Shown: piece after piece, positions 10,501 to 18,304 of the stretch
Layout of the letters: each line of letters begins with the position of its first letter
How positions within the stretch are numbered: the first letter of the stretch is position 1
From: Alkalispirochaeta sp.
GTDB taxonomy: Bacteria; Spirochaetota; Spirochaetia; DSM-27196; Alkalispirochaetaceae
NCBI GenBank assembly: GCA_965601925.1
Contig: OZ271854.1
Coordinates: forward strand, 32,001 to 96,000
Length of the DNA: 64,000 nt
Direction of reading: 5' to 3'
Notes under the pieces: generated by a model
What the model saw: only the letters and a program-made list of their open reading frames with translations
Told to the model about the DNA's origin: nothing
The model's database searches: none
Made by a program: the position numbers and the translations under genes

Positions 10501-10581
10501 AAAGAAAACCTGACCGTCAACTTGGCTGGTCAGAAAGCCGATAAGTGTGATAACAAAGCAGCGACGCAGTACGGTACTCAT
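7573..10581 (-). CDS. Membrane-anchored diguanylate cyclase with a periplasmic beta-propeller (Reg_prop) and Y_Y_Y sensor
   Basis: Signal peptide, many 'LWxGTxxGLxRxD' repeats, 'ATYTNLPAGHY', TM helix, 'DPLTGVFNRR', 'RTTD..ARYGGEEF'; true start ATG at 10581 (the ORF track extension overlaps the divergent gene). Confidence 0.92.
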   Translation of the reverse strand: MSTVLRRCFVITLIGFLTSQVDGQVFFADGQRPKFNLITRQSGLPSSSVSSIQQDRRGFLWLGTQGGLSRYDGRRFRTHRNQPFNLDSLPHDLVQTIYYDEETDSIWVGTYDGLARFTAGRLGFETYRHDYEDPTSLSNAVVLSISRGPEGRLWVGTQDGLNRMTDGGAFERIPTSSEVIRDLLLDSDGVLWIATYDGLARWDGESERVVDVDIELPSPFVMALDEIEPGTILIGTWGTPPYPGGIAVYSVDRGVREVRQFSANTIYTVLAADDGSLWAGSWGGGLFAVTSDGEVYEFTLQSADSLASSVIYALFQDATGLIWVGTNGGGLHYLSPRQRNYRTHFHDPERPGSLPAGKINALIRTRDGTLWAGLYSGGLARYDDDGAVWYRYRHDATDRYSLADDIVTTLFEDRDGYLWVGTNEGLQRYDAGSDRFHAWGRDVHEAAVYDDEIIYALEQDRRGRFWIGTYRQGVRRFDPVTGETRVYRHDASTPGTLTDDLIYDILADGAGDIWIATNDGLNRYREESDDFEAYRYDPRNPRGLSSNSVRVLYEDSRGWFWIGTTSGGLSRLDRRSRIFEHLTEEDGLSNNTILAILEGYDGRVWASTQRGLSMYDPATDHIDVLDERDGLFGSEFHTGHFRDPDGTLLFGGGHGITQIDSSVTTQNPHPPRVQITDVRVFQESIDSELISFNGASLRLGPDDSFVSFEFVALDYESPESNTYAYRLVGFDREWIYSGTRNFATYTNLPAGHYQLQVQAANAAGSWSETPVLLDLTVLRPWYLHWWALTIYGLVGVLVFRGAWRIREARVLSEKNQALKHAVSQLAVANKELERLSVRDPLTGVFNRRYFDAHLAEEWSRARRSHCSIALIMIDVDRFKQFNDIYGHVAGDRALSAVSAVMESQLSRTTDFLARYGGEEFAVLLYETDQDGARHIGERIRRAVEETDTGEGLRPVTVSLGVSVAVPQAGVTASNLVQSADEALYTAKRNGRNRLEYNVCIGA

Positions 10582-10614
10582 CGATACTGTTAGTCTAACG
10601 CAATACAGGAACCA

Positions 10615-12339
10615 ATGGCACATCTTCTGCTGGTAGATAACGACCCGGATATTCTTGAGCTGCTGCGTCTGGGGATTGAGGAGTTCGGGTACGAAGTACG
10701 AACCGCTCCGAGCGGCGTCGAGGCGCTCCGGTCGATAGAGAGAGAGCCGCCGGACGTCCTCGTGACGGATCTTATCATGCCGAACGTCAGCGGGGAGAAA
10801 CTCCTGCGCATCGTGCGGTCCGTCCCGGAATGGAGCCATATCCGCACGGTCGTTATATCCGGCGTAGCGGCGGAAGCGCCGGAAATTCGCGCTCGTACTC
10901 CCTGCGATATATACATCGCAAAGGGTCCGATCAGCACGACGGTCAAGCACCTAATCGACGCGCTGACCAACTTCGACACGATGAGCACCCAACAGCGCGA
11001 CTCCACGCTCGGGATCGACCACATCCATTCACGGCATATCACTCGCGAGCTTCTCGAGTTTAAGCGGGATGTCGACACCATCCTCGATCACATCTCCGAC
11101 GGCGTATGCAAAATCGATCGGGATTTGATCATCGTGTGGATGAATCGATCCTTTACACGTCTCACCGGATATGACGAGGCGGAGATTTTAGGCCGCTCGA
11201 TCCGCGGTATTCTTCCCACCTCGGCGGTCGACGCATTGCAGCGTATCGCCTCGACGGAGAGTCCTACGGAAGACGATGACGTTGCGGAGTTTCATTTTGA
11301 AAAGACACAACGGTTGGTACGGGCGACACCGCTCTACCGCTGGAACGGACGCGACGACGCAGCGTTCATATGGCAAAATGTGACCGACCGTCTCCTCCTC
11401 GAGGAGCAGTACGAAAACATCGTCGAGAGCACGCGGGATCTCGTGTGGACCACCGATCTTGAAGGTCGCCTGAACTATCTGAGTCGATCCAGCCGTCGTA
11501 CGCTGGGACTCGACCCCGAGGATCTCATCGGAACTCCCTTTTGGTGCGTTGCGATCGAGCAGGATCGGGAAGAGGCGAGTCGCGAAGCCAGGACGTTGCT
11601 GGTCGATGTACGGGCGGAAGTGCAGGAAGAGCAACGCGTCTTTGAGTGGCGCGGCCTGCACGCCTCGGGAGAACCGTTGTGGATCCAAGTGCGCGCCTCG
11701 ACGCTCCGAGATCGCGCCGGACACGTTATCGGCCTCCAGGGCGTCTTTTCCGACATCACGCGGGAGCGGTCGCTGTTGGCGGAACGCGAAGCGTTGCTGC
11801 ACGAGATTAACCATCGCGTCCGCGACAACCTGCAACTCGTCGCGAGTCTGGCGCGCGTCAGTTCACCCGATCTCCTCGCCGGTCGTATCACCGCGATCGG
11901 CGAGGTCTTCGACGAGTTGTATCGCGAACGCTCCTTTTCGCACGTGAAGCCTGCGCCGTTGATCCATCGCGTCGTGGCCGCCGCCCTGGCCGGCGGCGGG
12001 TGCGGCATGATAGATGATCCGGATTACCAAATCGAAATCGAAAGCCTTCCGATGCGGCGCGCCGTCCCCCTGGCGCTACTGATAAACGAGATTATCACCG
12101 AAGTATGCGCGAACAAAATCGTACTCGACGGCACGCGAAGTCTGTACATCCGTCTGGAGCGTACGGAACAAAGCCACCGCCTTACGGTGGAGGCGGGACA
12201 CATCGGACGACTCACCGACACGCCCGGAGCGCCCATTGCGACCAGCAGTATCCTCACCCTCATGGTGGAGCAGCTCCACGGGTCGGCGGTTCTCTACGAG
12301 AGCGGGCGCGCCCGTCGCTACTACGTACTGTTCGATTGA
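10615..12339 (+). CDS. REC-PAS-PAS-HisKA_2-type signalling protein with a degenerate ATPase domain
   Basis: Receiver 'LLVDND..TDLIMP..IAK', two PAS domains, H-box 'EINHRVRDNLQ'; N-box and G-boxes not recognisable. Confidence 0.8.
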   Translation: MAHLLLVDNDPDILELLRLGIEEFGYEVRTAPSGVEALRSIEREPPDVLVTDLIMPNVSGEKLLRIVRSVPEWSHIRTVVISGVAAEAPEIRARTPCDIYIAKGPISTTVKHLIDALTNFDTMSTQQRDSTLGIDHIHSRHITRELLEFKRDVDTILDHISDGVCKIDRDLIIVWMNRSFTRLTGYDEAEILGRSIRGILPTSAVDALQRIASTESPTEDDDVAEFHFEKTQRLVRATPLYRWNGRDDAAFIWQNVTDRLLLEEQYENIVESTRDLVWTTDLEGRLNYLSRSSRRTLGLDPEDLIGTPFWCVAIEQDREEASREARTLLVDVRAEVQEEQRVFEWRGLHASGEPLWIQVRASTLRDRAGHVIGLQGVFSDITRERSLLAEREALLHEINHRVRDNLQLVASLARVSSPDLLAGRITAIGEVFDELYRERSFSHVKPAPLIHRVVAAALAGGGCGMIDDPDYQIEIESLPMRRAVPLALLINEIITEVCANKIVLDGTRSLYIRLERTEQSHRLTVEAGHIGRLTDTPGAPIATSSILTLMVEQLHGSAVLYESGRARRYYVLFD

Positions 12340-12362
12340 CGACGCGGGATGCGGGAGGAAGT

Positions 12363-13043
12363 CTACTCTGCGACTACCCCGGTTACGACGGTGCGATAGC
12401 GCTCCTCGATCATAGTGTGGAGACGCCGCCCCAAGGCGGTAGACAGTCGCGATCGACTCGTCTCAAAGAACTCGTCCATACGGGGATAATCGGGAAAGAC
12501 CTGCTCTCCGGCGGAGGGGTCGTAACGCTTGTCGCGCTCATACACGTACGCCTGTAGACACATATCGATAAGGTTCATGTCGCGCACGAATCGGGCGGCC
12601 GGAGAGATCGCGCCCTCGTACTCTCTCCACAACTCGCCGACGAGATGCAGACTCATTTCGGCCTGTCCGTCAACCGCCTCACCGCGCGCGGTCGTGAGGC
12701 GCACGATTGCCGCATCTTCAAGTCGAGCCTTCTCCTCAGCCGACGGATGAGAGACCTCGGGATTCTGTCGTCGAGGGATGTCTCCCACTTGCACCTCGGC
12801 CAAATCGTGTACCAACGCCATCGATACGGCCCGGTGGGGATCGAGAGCCGCGAGGCTATCGTCGATTGCAGCGTACGGCGCAAAGAGCAAACACAGCTGC
12901 GCGGTGCCCCAGGAATGATCCGCTACCGATTCGGGCCGTTCCACTTCTCGCAAAATCCAGCCGCTGCGATCCACGTCCTTCAGTGCGCTATACTCGATCG
13001 CTCGATTCAACAGAAGTGCAAGCCCGTCGCGTTCGAAATCCAT
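12363..13043 (-). CDS. HD-domain hydrolase (HDDC2/YfbR-like 5'-deoxynucleotidase family)
   Basis: 'LKDVDRSGW', 'ESVADHSW', 'MALVHDLAE..VGDI', 'LWREYE'. Confidence 0.88.
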   Translation of the reverse strand: MDFERDGLALLLNRAIEYSALKDVDRSGWILREVERPESVADHSWGTAQLCLLFAPYAAIDDSLAALDPHRAVSMALVHDLAEVQVGDIPRRQNPEVSHPSAEEKARLEDAAIVRLTTARGEAVDGQAEMSLHLVGELWREYEGAISPAARFVRDMNLIDMCLQAYVYERDKRYDPSAGEQVFPDYPRMDEFFETSRSRLSTALGRRLHTMIEERYRTVVTGVVAE

Positions 13044-13050
13044 GGCAGCA

Positions 13051-13079
13051 ACGCTACCGTCCCATGTTCAAACAATCAA
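13051..13079 (-). promoter_or_regulatory. Probable leaderless promoter of the HD hydrolase gene
   Basis: Minus strand TTGATT-17-TAGCGT, then 7 nt to the ATG at 13043. Confidence 0.55.
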
Positions 13080-13120
13080 TAGAGATCGTTCAAACTCGGT
13101 TCATACTTTGCCGCTATCTT
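13066..13120 (+). promoter_or_regulatory. Phased direct repeats (OmpR-family response regulator site) and -10 of the secreted protein gene
   Basis: GTTCAAACA (13066), GTTCAAACT (13088), GTTCATACT (13099), spaced 22 and 11 bp; TATCTT -10 at 13115-13120. Confidence 0.55.
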
Positions 13121-13149
13121 CGGAACATCAAATCACTTGGAGGTACGAC

Positions 13150-13632
13150 ATGAAGCGTACGATTGTTACCATGCTACTGCTCAGCACGCTTGCAGGTTTT
13201 GTCGCGGCACAGGATCGCCCCGACGGAGAGGCCCAGACGATTACCGGACGGATCGTCCTCGAGGAGGATACGTTACCGGTCCTGATTGCAGGTCAAACTC
13301 GCTACGATCTTCTGATTCATCCGTCCCTGGCGTCGGAAATCTCGGTCGACAGCGGCGAGACGGTGACCGTGGAAGGATATGTTATGGAGACCGCCTCCTT
13401 CGATCTCATCGGAACCGAGCGGCGTATCATGGTCACCGCTTTCGAGAGCGGGGATACGCGCGTTGTCCTTCCCCTCGGGCGACGGGGCGCGCGAGGAGGC
13501 CGGTGGGGTCGCCGAGCGGGCGGCCGCGACTCGGCGTGGTACGGTACAGGCGGTCCGATGGGCTACGGCGGCTGCCGGACCTCGGAACCGACCGGCCGGG
13601 GAGAGCAACCGCGCGGTAGAGATACGCGCTAA
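13150..13632 (+). CDS. Secreted/periplasmic hypothetical protein with a Gly/Arg-rich tail
   Basis: GGAGG RBS; signal peptide MKRTIVTMLLLSTLAGFVAA-QD; small beta-rich domain; upstream of a two-component pair. Confidence 0.75.
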   Translation: MKRTIVTMLLLSTLAGFVAAQDRPDGEAQTITGRIVLEEDTLPVLIAGQTRYDLLIHPSLASEISVDSGETVTVEGYVMETASFDLIGTERRIMVTAFESGDTRVVLPLGRRGARGGRWGRRAGGRDSAWYGTGGPMGYGGCRTSEPTGRGEQPRGRDTR

Positions 13633-13765
13633 CGCGGTGCGTAAGAACGCAAACCGTCGAACCGTGAAGGACCCGGGGATCGACACTCTCCGGGTCGATT
13701 CGTGACGGGTGCGCAGCGGGCTTCGATTTCGGCCGACATCTGATACACTACCGGCGGGGAGAGCG

Positions 13766-14458
13766 ATGGCGACAGTGTTGGTCGTGGAAGATGAACACGA
13801 TCTCAACCGTATGATATGCGACTATCTGGCGAGTAAAGGGTACAAAACGAGGGCCGCTTTCGACGGCGCAGAAGCGATCAGACTCGTATTCGACGCCCCT
13901 CCCGACATCATTGTGCTCGATCTCAACCTTCCCAATCTTGACGGCCTGGAAGTGGCTCGCGTCGTCGCCACACAGACGTCGATACCGACCATCATCACGA
14001 CGGCGCGGGGCGAGGAGGACGACAGGCTTGCCGGCTTTCGGGCGGGCGCCGATGACTACGTGGTCAAACCGTTCAGTCTGCCGGAGTTGGCACTTCGTAT
14101 TGAGGCGGTGCTCCGGCGAACGGATCGCAGATCGGCCGACACATCGCAGGATGCGGTCGTATCGGCCGGAGACGTACGGATCGACGTCGATCGTCGGATC
14201 GTCACCGTTGCAGGGCGGCGCGTCGATCTTACCGCAGCCCAATTCTCGATGCTCCTCACCCTTGCGAAATCGCCGGGGCGCGTGTTCACGCGCCTGCAAC
14301 TCCTGGAAAGCGTTCAGGACACGACATATGAAGGATACGAGCGCACCGTCGACGTCCATATCAAAAATATCCGCAAACGCATCGAGACGAATCCGCATGA
14401 ACCCCGTCGGATCAAGACCGTTTGGGGAGTCGGATATCGGATGGAGGAGTCCGAGTGA
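13766..14458 (+). CDS. OmpR/PhoB-family response regulator (BaeR-like)
   Basis: 'VLVVEDE', 'LDLNLP..DG', 'GADDYVVKPFS', 'RTVDVHIKNIRKRI', 'TVWGVGYR'. Confidence 0.95.
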   Translation: MATVLVVEDEHDLNRMICDYLASKGYKTRAAFDGAEAIRLVFDAPPDIIVLDLNLPNLDGLEVARVVATQTSIPTIITTARGEEDDRLAGFRAGADDYVVKPFSLPELALRIEAVLRRTDRRSADTSQDAVVSAGDVRIDVDRRIVTVAGRRVDLTAAQFSMLLTLAKSPGRVFTRLQLLESVQDTTYEGYERTVDVHIKNIRKRIETNPHEPRRIKTVWGVGYRMEESE

Positions 14459-15969
14459 AGGCGCGGTTGAGCGCACGGATCGCGGCGAGCCACGTTATTC
14501 TCGTCGCTTCCGCGCTCTTCGTGTTCGTCGTGTCGGTAGCCTCGATCACATACCGCGACGTCGCCGACGTCGGGACCGGAGTCGACCGTGCGGTCGCGAT
14601 GCGCCTGGCCCCGTGGCTCGAGAGCTACTATCGCCGGAACGGATCGTGGTCGGGAGTCGAGGAACTGCTTCGCGGCGAGCTGTCGACGCGGGCGTCCGAA
14701 CCGGCGATCGACGATCCGATGCACGGCGGGAGGGTGCGCCACAGGCCGTGGCTCATGCGCCGACCCCGAGATTCATACGGACGCATCGTGCCGATGATGC
14801 ATGAGCGCAGCCGTGCGTTTTTTTCAAATCAGCCCGTCGTCGTCATCGATCCGGACGATCGACTCGTGGCGATACACGGCATCGATCGCGACCGTGCCCG
14901 TGAGATCGTCGCCGAGGCTCCCGGCGGAGTGTGGCGCGATCGCGGCGTGGCGCTTCGTGGGGCCGACGGCGTCGTCGCGTGGTTGTTGGTCGGCTCGATG
15001 ATCGCCGAGGAGCGAAACCAACTGCTCGATGCGGTTATGGATACGATGCGCCGCGCCATCGCCGTGACGTCCGTCTTCGTTCTCTCGGCGGCGGCGGTAT
15101 TGAGCGCGTGGTGGGCGCGCTGGCTACTGCGCCCGATCCGCGCCCTGGATGCCGCGGCCCGCGAGATCGCGACCGGAAACTACGAGAGCGTCGTAGAGGT
15201 TCCTTCGGGCGAACACGAACTGTCGATGCTCGCCCGCAGTTTTAACACCATGGCTCGTGAAGTGGCGCTGCAGGAGCGGAGTCGGCGCCGATTCGTCGCC
15301 GACGCCGCGCATGAACTGAGAACGCCGATCGCGCTCGTCACCGCAAGAATCGACATGCTCCGCGACGGGGTGTACCGGCCGGAGGGTGAGCAGTGGAACG
15401 CCCTGTCGCGCGACGTCGATCGTCTCGGGATGCTCGTGGACGATCTGCAACTCTTGGCGCGAGCCGACGCCGGGCGGTTGTCTCTCACTCTCACGCCGAT
15501 GACTCTCGACGGGGTGATACGCGATGCGCACGATCGCTTTGCGCCGGCCGCGCGAGCGGCGCGCGTTACCCTCCGCACCGCACGTCCCGTCGCCGAGTCA
15601 CCACAGGTTGCCGTCGATCCGTCTCGAATGGGGCAGGTGCTCGCCAATATCATCGGCAACGCACTGCGCTACGCGCCCGGTGGAAGCGCTATCCGTATCG
15701 AAGGCGGTCGCCTCGACGCCGGTACGGTGTACATCGCCGTCGAGGACGCCGGTCCGGGCGTACCGGAGGCCGACCGCGAGCGTGTATTCGAGCGCTTCGT
15801 CCGGCTCGACGCCCACCGCGGTCGCGAGGAGGGCGGGAGCGGCTTAGGCCTCGCGATCGCCGCCGAGATCGTTCGCGCCCACGGCGGATCGATCCGAATC
15901 GAGGCGGCGCACCACTCGGAAGTGGGTGCACGATGTATCATTACGCTCCCGGCGTACGAGCCGAACTGA
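14455..15969 (+). CDS. HAMP-domain sensor histidine kinase (BaeS-like)
   Basis: Two TMs, HAMP, 'ADAAHELRTP', 'NIIGNALRY', 'EDAGPG', 'GGSGLGLAI'; GTGA overlap. Confidence 0.93.
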   Translation: MKARLSARIAASHVILVASALFVFVVSVASITYRDVADVGTGVDRAVAMRLAPWLESYYRRNGSWSGVEELLRGELSTRASEPAIDDPMHGGRVRHRPWLMRRPRDSYGRIVPMMHERSRAFFSNQPVVVIDPDDRLVAIHGIDRDRAREIVAEAPGGVWRDRGVALRGADGVVAWLLVGSMIAEERNQLLDAVMDTMRRAIAVTSVFVLSAAAVLSAWWARWLLRPIRALDAAAREIATGNYESVVEVPSGEHELSMLARSFNTMAREVALQERSRRRFVADAAHELRTPIALVTARIDMLRDGVYRPEGEQWNALSRDVDRLGMLVDDLQLLARADAGRLSLTLTPMTLDGVIRDAHDRFAPAARAARVTLRTARPVAESPQVAVDPSRMGQVLANIIGNALRYAPGGSAIRIEGGRLDAGTVYIAVEDAGPGVPEADRERVFERFVRLDAHRGREEGGSGLGLAIAAEIVRAHGGSIRIEAAHHSEVGARCIITLPAYEPN

Positions 15970-15980
15970 GGACCGGCGCC

Positions 15981-17648
15981 TCACGACTCGTGTTGCGTAA
16001 GCAGTCCGTCCGATCCGACGGAGCGGTAGAAGCAGCTATGTCGCGGTCGTCCGTCGTCGTTCCGTGTATGACACGCACCGTCTCCGTCCAACCGTACGCG
16101 ATAAAGGAGGGCGTCCTGGTCGCAGTCTATGCGAATCTCCTCGACGTAGAGTACGTTGCCGCTCGTCTCCCCCTTGGTCCATAGCTCACTGCGACCGGTG
16201 CTCCAGAACGTCGCCTTTCCGGTGCGCTGCGTCGCCTCCAATGCGGCGCGATTGGCGTATCCGACCATCAGGACCTCACCGCCGTCGATCTGTTGCACGA
16301 CGACCGGCAGAAGCCCGCCCCGTTTACGAAACTGCGCCATGAGCACGTCGGTCTCCTCTACGATACTCTCCGACAGTGACGGTCCGCCGATGTCGCGACG
16401 ATACTGCATGCCGTCAAAGGAGACGAGACGCAAACGCTCATACGCACGCCTGCGCGCCTCGTCGACCGTTGCGCCGCGCGAGACGGCGGCGAGCACGCGC
16501 CCCCCCGCGGTTTTGAGCTCGTTACCGTCGGCGGCGAGGCCGGCGTAGAAGATATGGGTTTGTCCGGACAAAGCGCTGCGGCTGGGAACCGGTTCGACCG
16601 CGACACGCGCGCCCGAATTGTAGGGCCCGGGATAGCCCGCAGAGGCCGCCACCACGGCGCAACTCGCGCCGTCACGGACGCCGAAGCTCGCCTCGTTCAC
16701 CGCATCGCCGAGGCGCCCCTGGGCGAGACCGCGCAACAACACGCCGAAGTCGCCGTCGATGAGCGGGAGAATCGCCTGCGCCTCCGGATCGCCGAATCGT
16801 ACGTTGTATTCGAGGACGCGCGCCTCACCGTCGTCGACCATCAACCCGATGAAGAGAAATCCGCGAAACAACGCTCCCATGCTGCGAACGGCCTCGACAC
16901 TCGGCTCGACGATGTCGCGCTCGATCCGAGCACGGACGGTGTCGGTAATCCGAGGATTCGGCGCGATCGCTCCCATGCCGCCGGTATTCGCGCCGAGGTC
17001 GCCCTCGCCGATCCGCTTATGATCCTGCGCGGTCGGGAGGGTGATGTATCCCGACTCATCGAGCATCACGATAACCGACGCCTCAAAGCCCGACAGACAT
17101 CGCTCCACGACCACCGTTTCGCCGGCCTCTCCGAAGAGGCGCTCGGTCATGATCGTCTCGATCGCCGCCGCAGCCTGCGTCTCCGACTCGCACACCGACA
17201 CACCCTTGCCCGCCGCGAGTCCGTCCGCCTTTATGACCACCGGTACGCCGAACTCCCGCACCGCCTCCCGGGCCTCCTCCACGGTGCGACACACGCGATA
17301 ATCGGCGGTGCGAATGGCGTGGTCGCGCATGAAGTCCTTGGCAAAGGCCTTGCTGCCTTCGAGTCGCGCAGCCTCCCGCGAAGGTCCGACGACATCGATT
17401 CCTTCACCGCGCAACTCATCGGCCAACCCGGCGACCAGAGGAGCTTCGGGCCCGATGACCACGACATCGACGTCCAAACCGCGTATCGATTCGGCGGAGG
17501 GCTTCGGGGAGACGACGGTGATACGCGGATCGGTCGCCATCCCTGCGTTGCCCGGAGATACCAGGACCGCTCGGACACTCGGGCTTTCGATGAGGCGCCA
17601 CGCGAGTGCGTGCTCCCGACCGCCCGAACCGACGACAAGTACTCTCAT
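15981..17648 (-). CDS. purD: Phosphoribosylamine-glycine ligase PurD fused to a C-terminal phosphoribosyl-AMP cyclohydrolase (HisI) domain
   Basis: PurD: 'GSGGREHA', 'LEGSKAFAK', 'KADGLAAGKGV', 'QDHKR..NTGGMG', 'EYNVRFGDPE', ending 'YRRDIG'. Same frame, no stop, then HisI: 'GLLPVVVQ', 'WTKGETSG', 'DCDQD', 'ACHT...SCFY'. Confidence 0.93.
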   Translation of the reverse strand: MRVLVVGSGGREHALAWRLIESPSVRAVLVSPGNAGMATDPRITVVSPKPSAESIRGLDVDVVVIGPEAPLVAGLADELRGEGIDVVGPSREAARLEGSKAFAKDFMRDHAIRTADYRVCRTVEEAREAVREFGVPVVIKADGLAAGKGVSVCESETQAAAAIETIMTERLFGEAGETVVVERCLSGFEASVIVMLDESGYITLPTAQDHKRIGEGDLGANTGGMGAIAPNPRITDTVRARIERDIVEPSVEAVRSMGALFRGFLFIGLMVDDGEARVLEYNVRFGDPEAQAILPLIDGDFGVLLRGLAQGRLGDAVNEASFGVRDGASCAVVAASAGYPGPYNSGARVAVEPVPSRSALSGQTHIFYAGLAADGNELKTAGGRVLAAVSRGATVDEARRRAYERLRLVSFDGMQYRRDIGGPSLSESIVEETDVLMAQFRKRGGLLPVVVQQIDGGEVLMVGYANRAALEATQRTGKATFWSTGRSELWTKGETSGNVLYVEEIRIDCDQDALLYRVRLDGDGACHTRNDDGRPRHSCFYRSVGSDGLLTQHES

Positions 17649-17710
17649 GCTCACTCCTTCTATCTCCCCGTTTCACCGACCGCCCGTGCCCCGGCGGTGG
17701 AATCACGATC

Positions 17711-18304
17711 TTACCGCAAGCGAGGGAGGACCGTCAGTATCGCGTCGCACATCGCGCGATGCTCCACCGGTCGTAGACGAGACGATAGGCTCCGGGGTGT
17801 ATCTCCTCCGACGACCGGCACCGACCGCTGGAGAATGATGTCACCGGTATCGGTACCGGCATCGACATAGTGAACGGTACATCCGCTCCGTACGGCCCCG
17901 GAGGCGATGACTGCGCGATGGACGTGGTCCCCGTACATGCCCCGACCGCCGAAATCGGGGAGTAGCGACGGATGGATGTTGATCATCCTACGGCGGAAAC
18001 GCGTCAAAAGGGGCTCACCTACGATCGAGAGAAAGCCGGCCAGCACAACCAGGCGCGTCGAGTCGGGGATCACCTCCCCCAGACGGGTGGAGAACTCGGA
18101 TCGATGAACCCGACGGTCAACCACGGCGGTAGGGATGCCCACCGTCTCCGCACGCGTTAACGCATGCACATCCGGGCGGTCCGAGGCTACCACATCGATG
18201 CGGCACGGGAGCTCACCCCGATCGACGGCGTCGATGATCGCCTGCAGGGTCGTGCCGGAGCCGGAGGCGAGGACGCTCAACGGCACGGGCGCGTCACGGT
18301 TCAC
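17711..18304 (-). CDS. purN: Phosphoribosylglycinamide formyltransferase
   Basis: 'LASGSGTTLQA', 'LAGFLS', 'NIHPSLLP.FGG.GMYG', 'HYVDAGTDTG'; GTG overlaps the purM stop. Confidence 0.93.
   Translation of the reverse strand: MNRDAPVPLSVLASGSGTTLQAIIDAVDRGELPCRIDVVASDRPDVHALTRAETVGIPTAVVDRRVHRSEFSTRLGEVIPDSTRLVVLAGFLSIVGEPLLTRFRRRMINIHPSLLPDFGGRGMYGDHVHRAVIASGAVRSGCTVHYVDAGTDTGDIILQRSVPVVGGDTPRSLSSRLRPVEHRAMCDAILTVLPRLR

Noticed and set aside
10582..10950. N-terminal extension of the DGC ORF in the ORF track
   Set aside because: Overlaps the divergent REC-domain gene; the signal peptide begins at ATG 10581
16554..17870. 438-aa plus-strand ORF opposite purD/purN, and similar shadows over purL, the RND permease and the GRE
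   Set aside because: Stop-poor reverse frames of high-GC genes with no RBS or domain evidence
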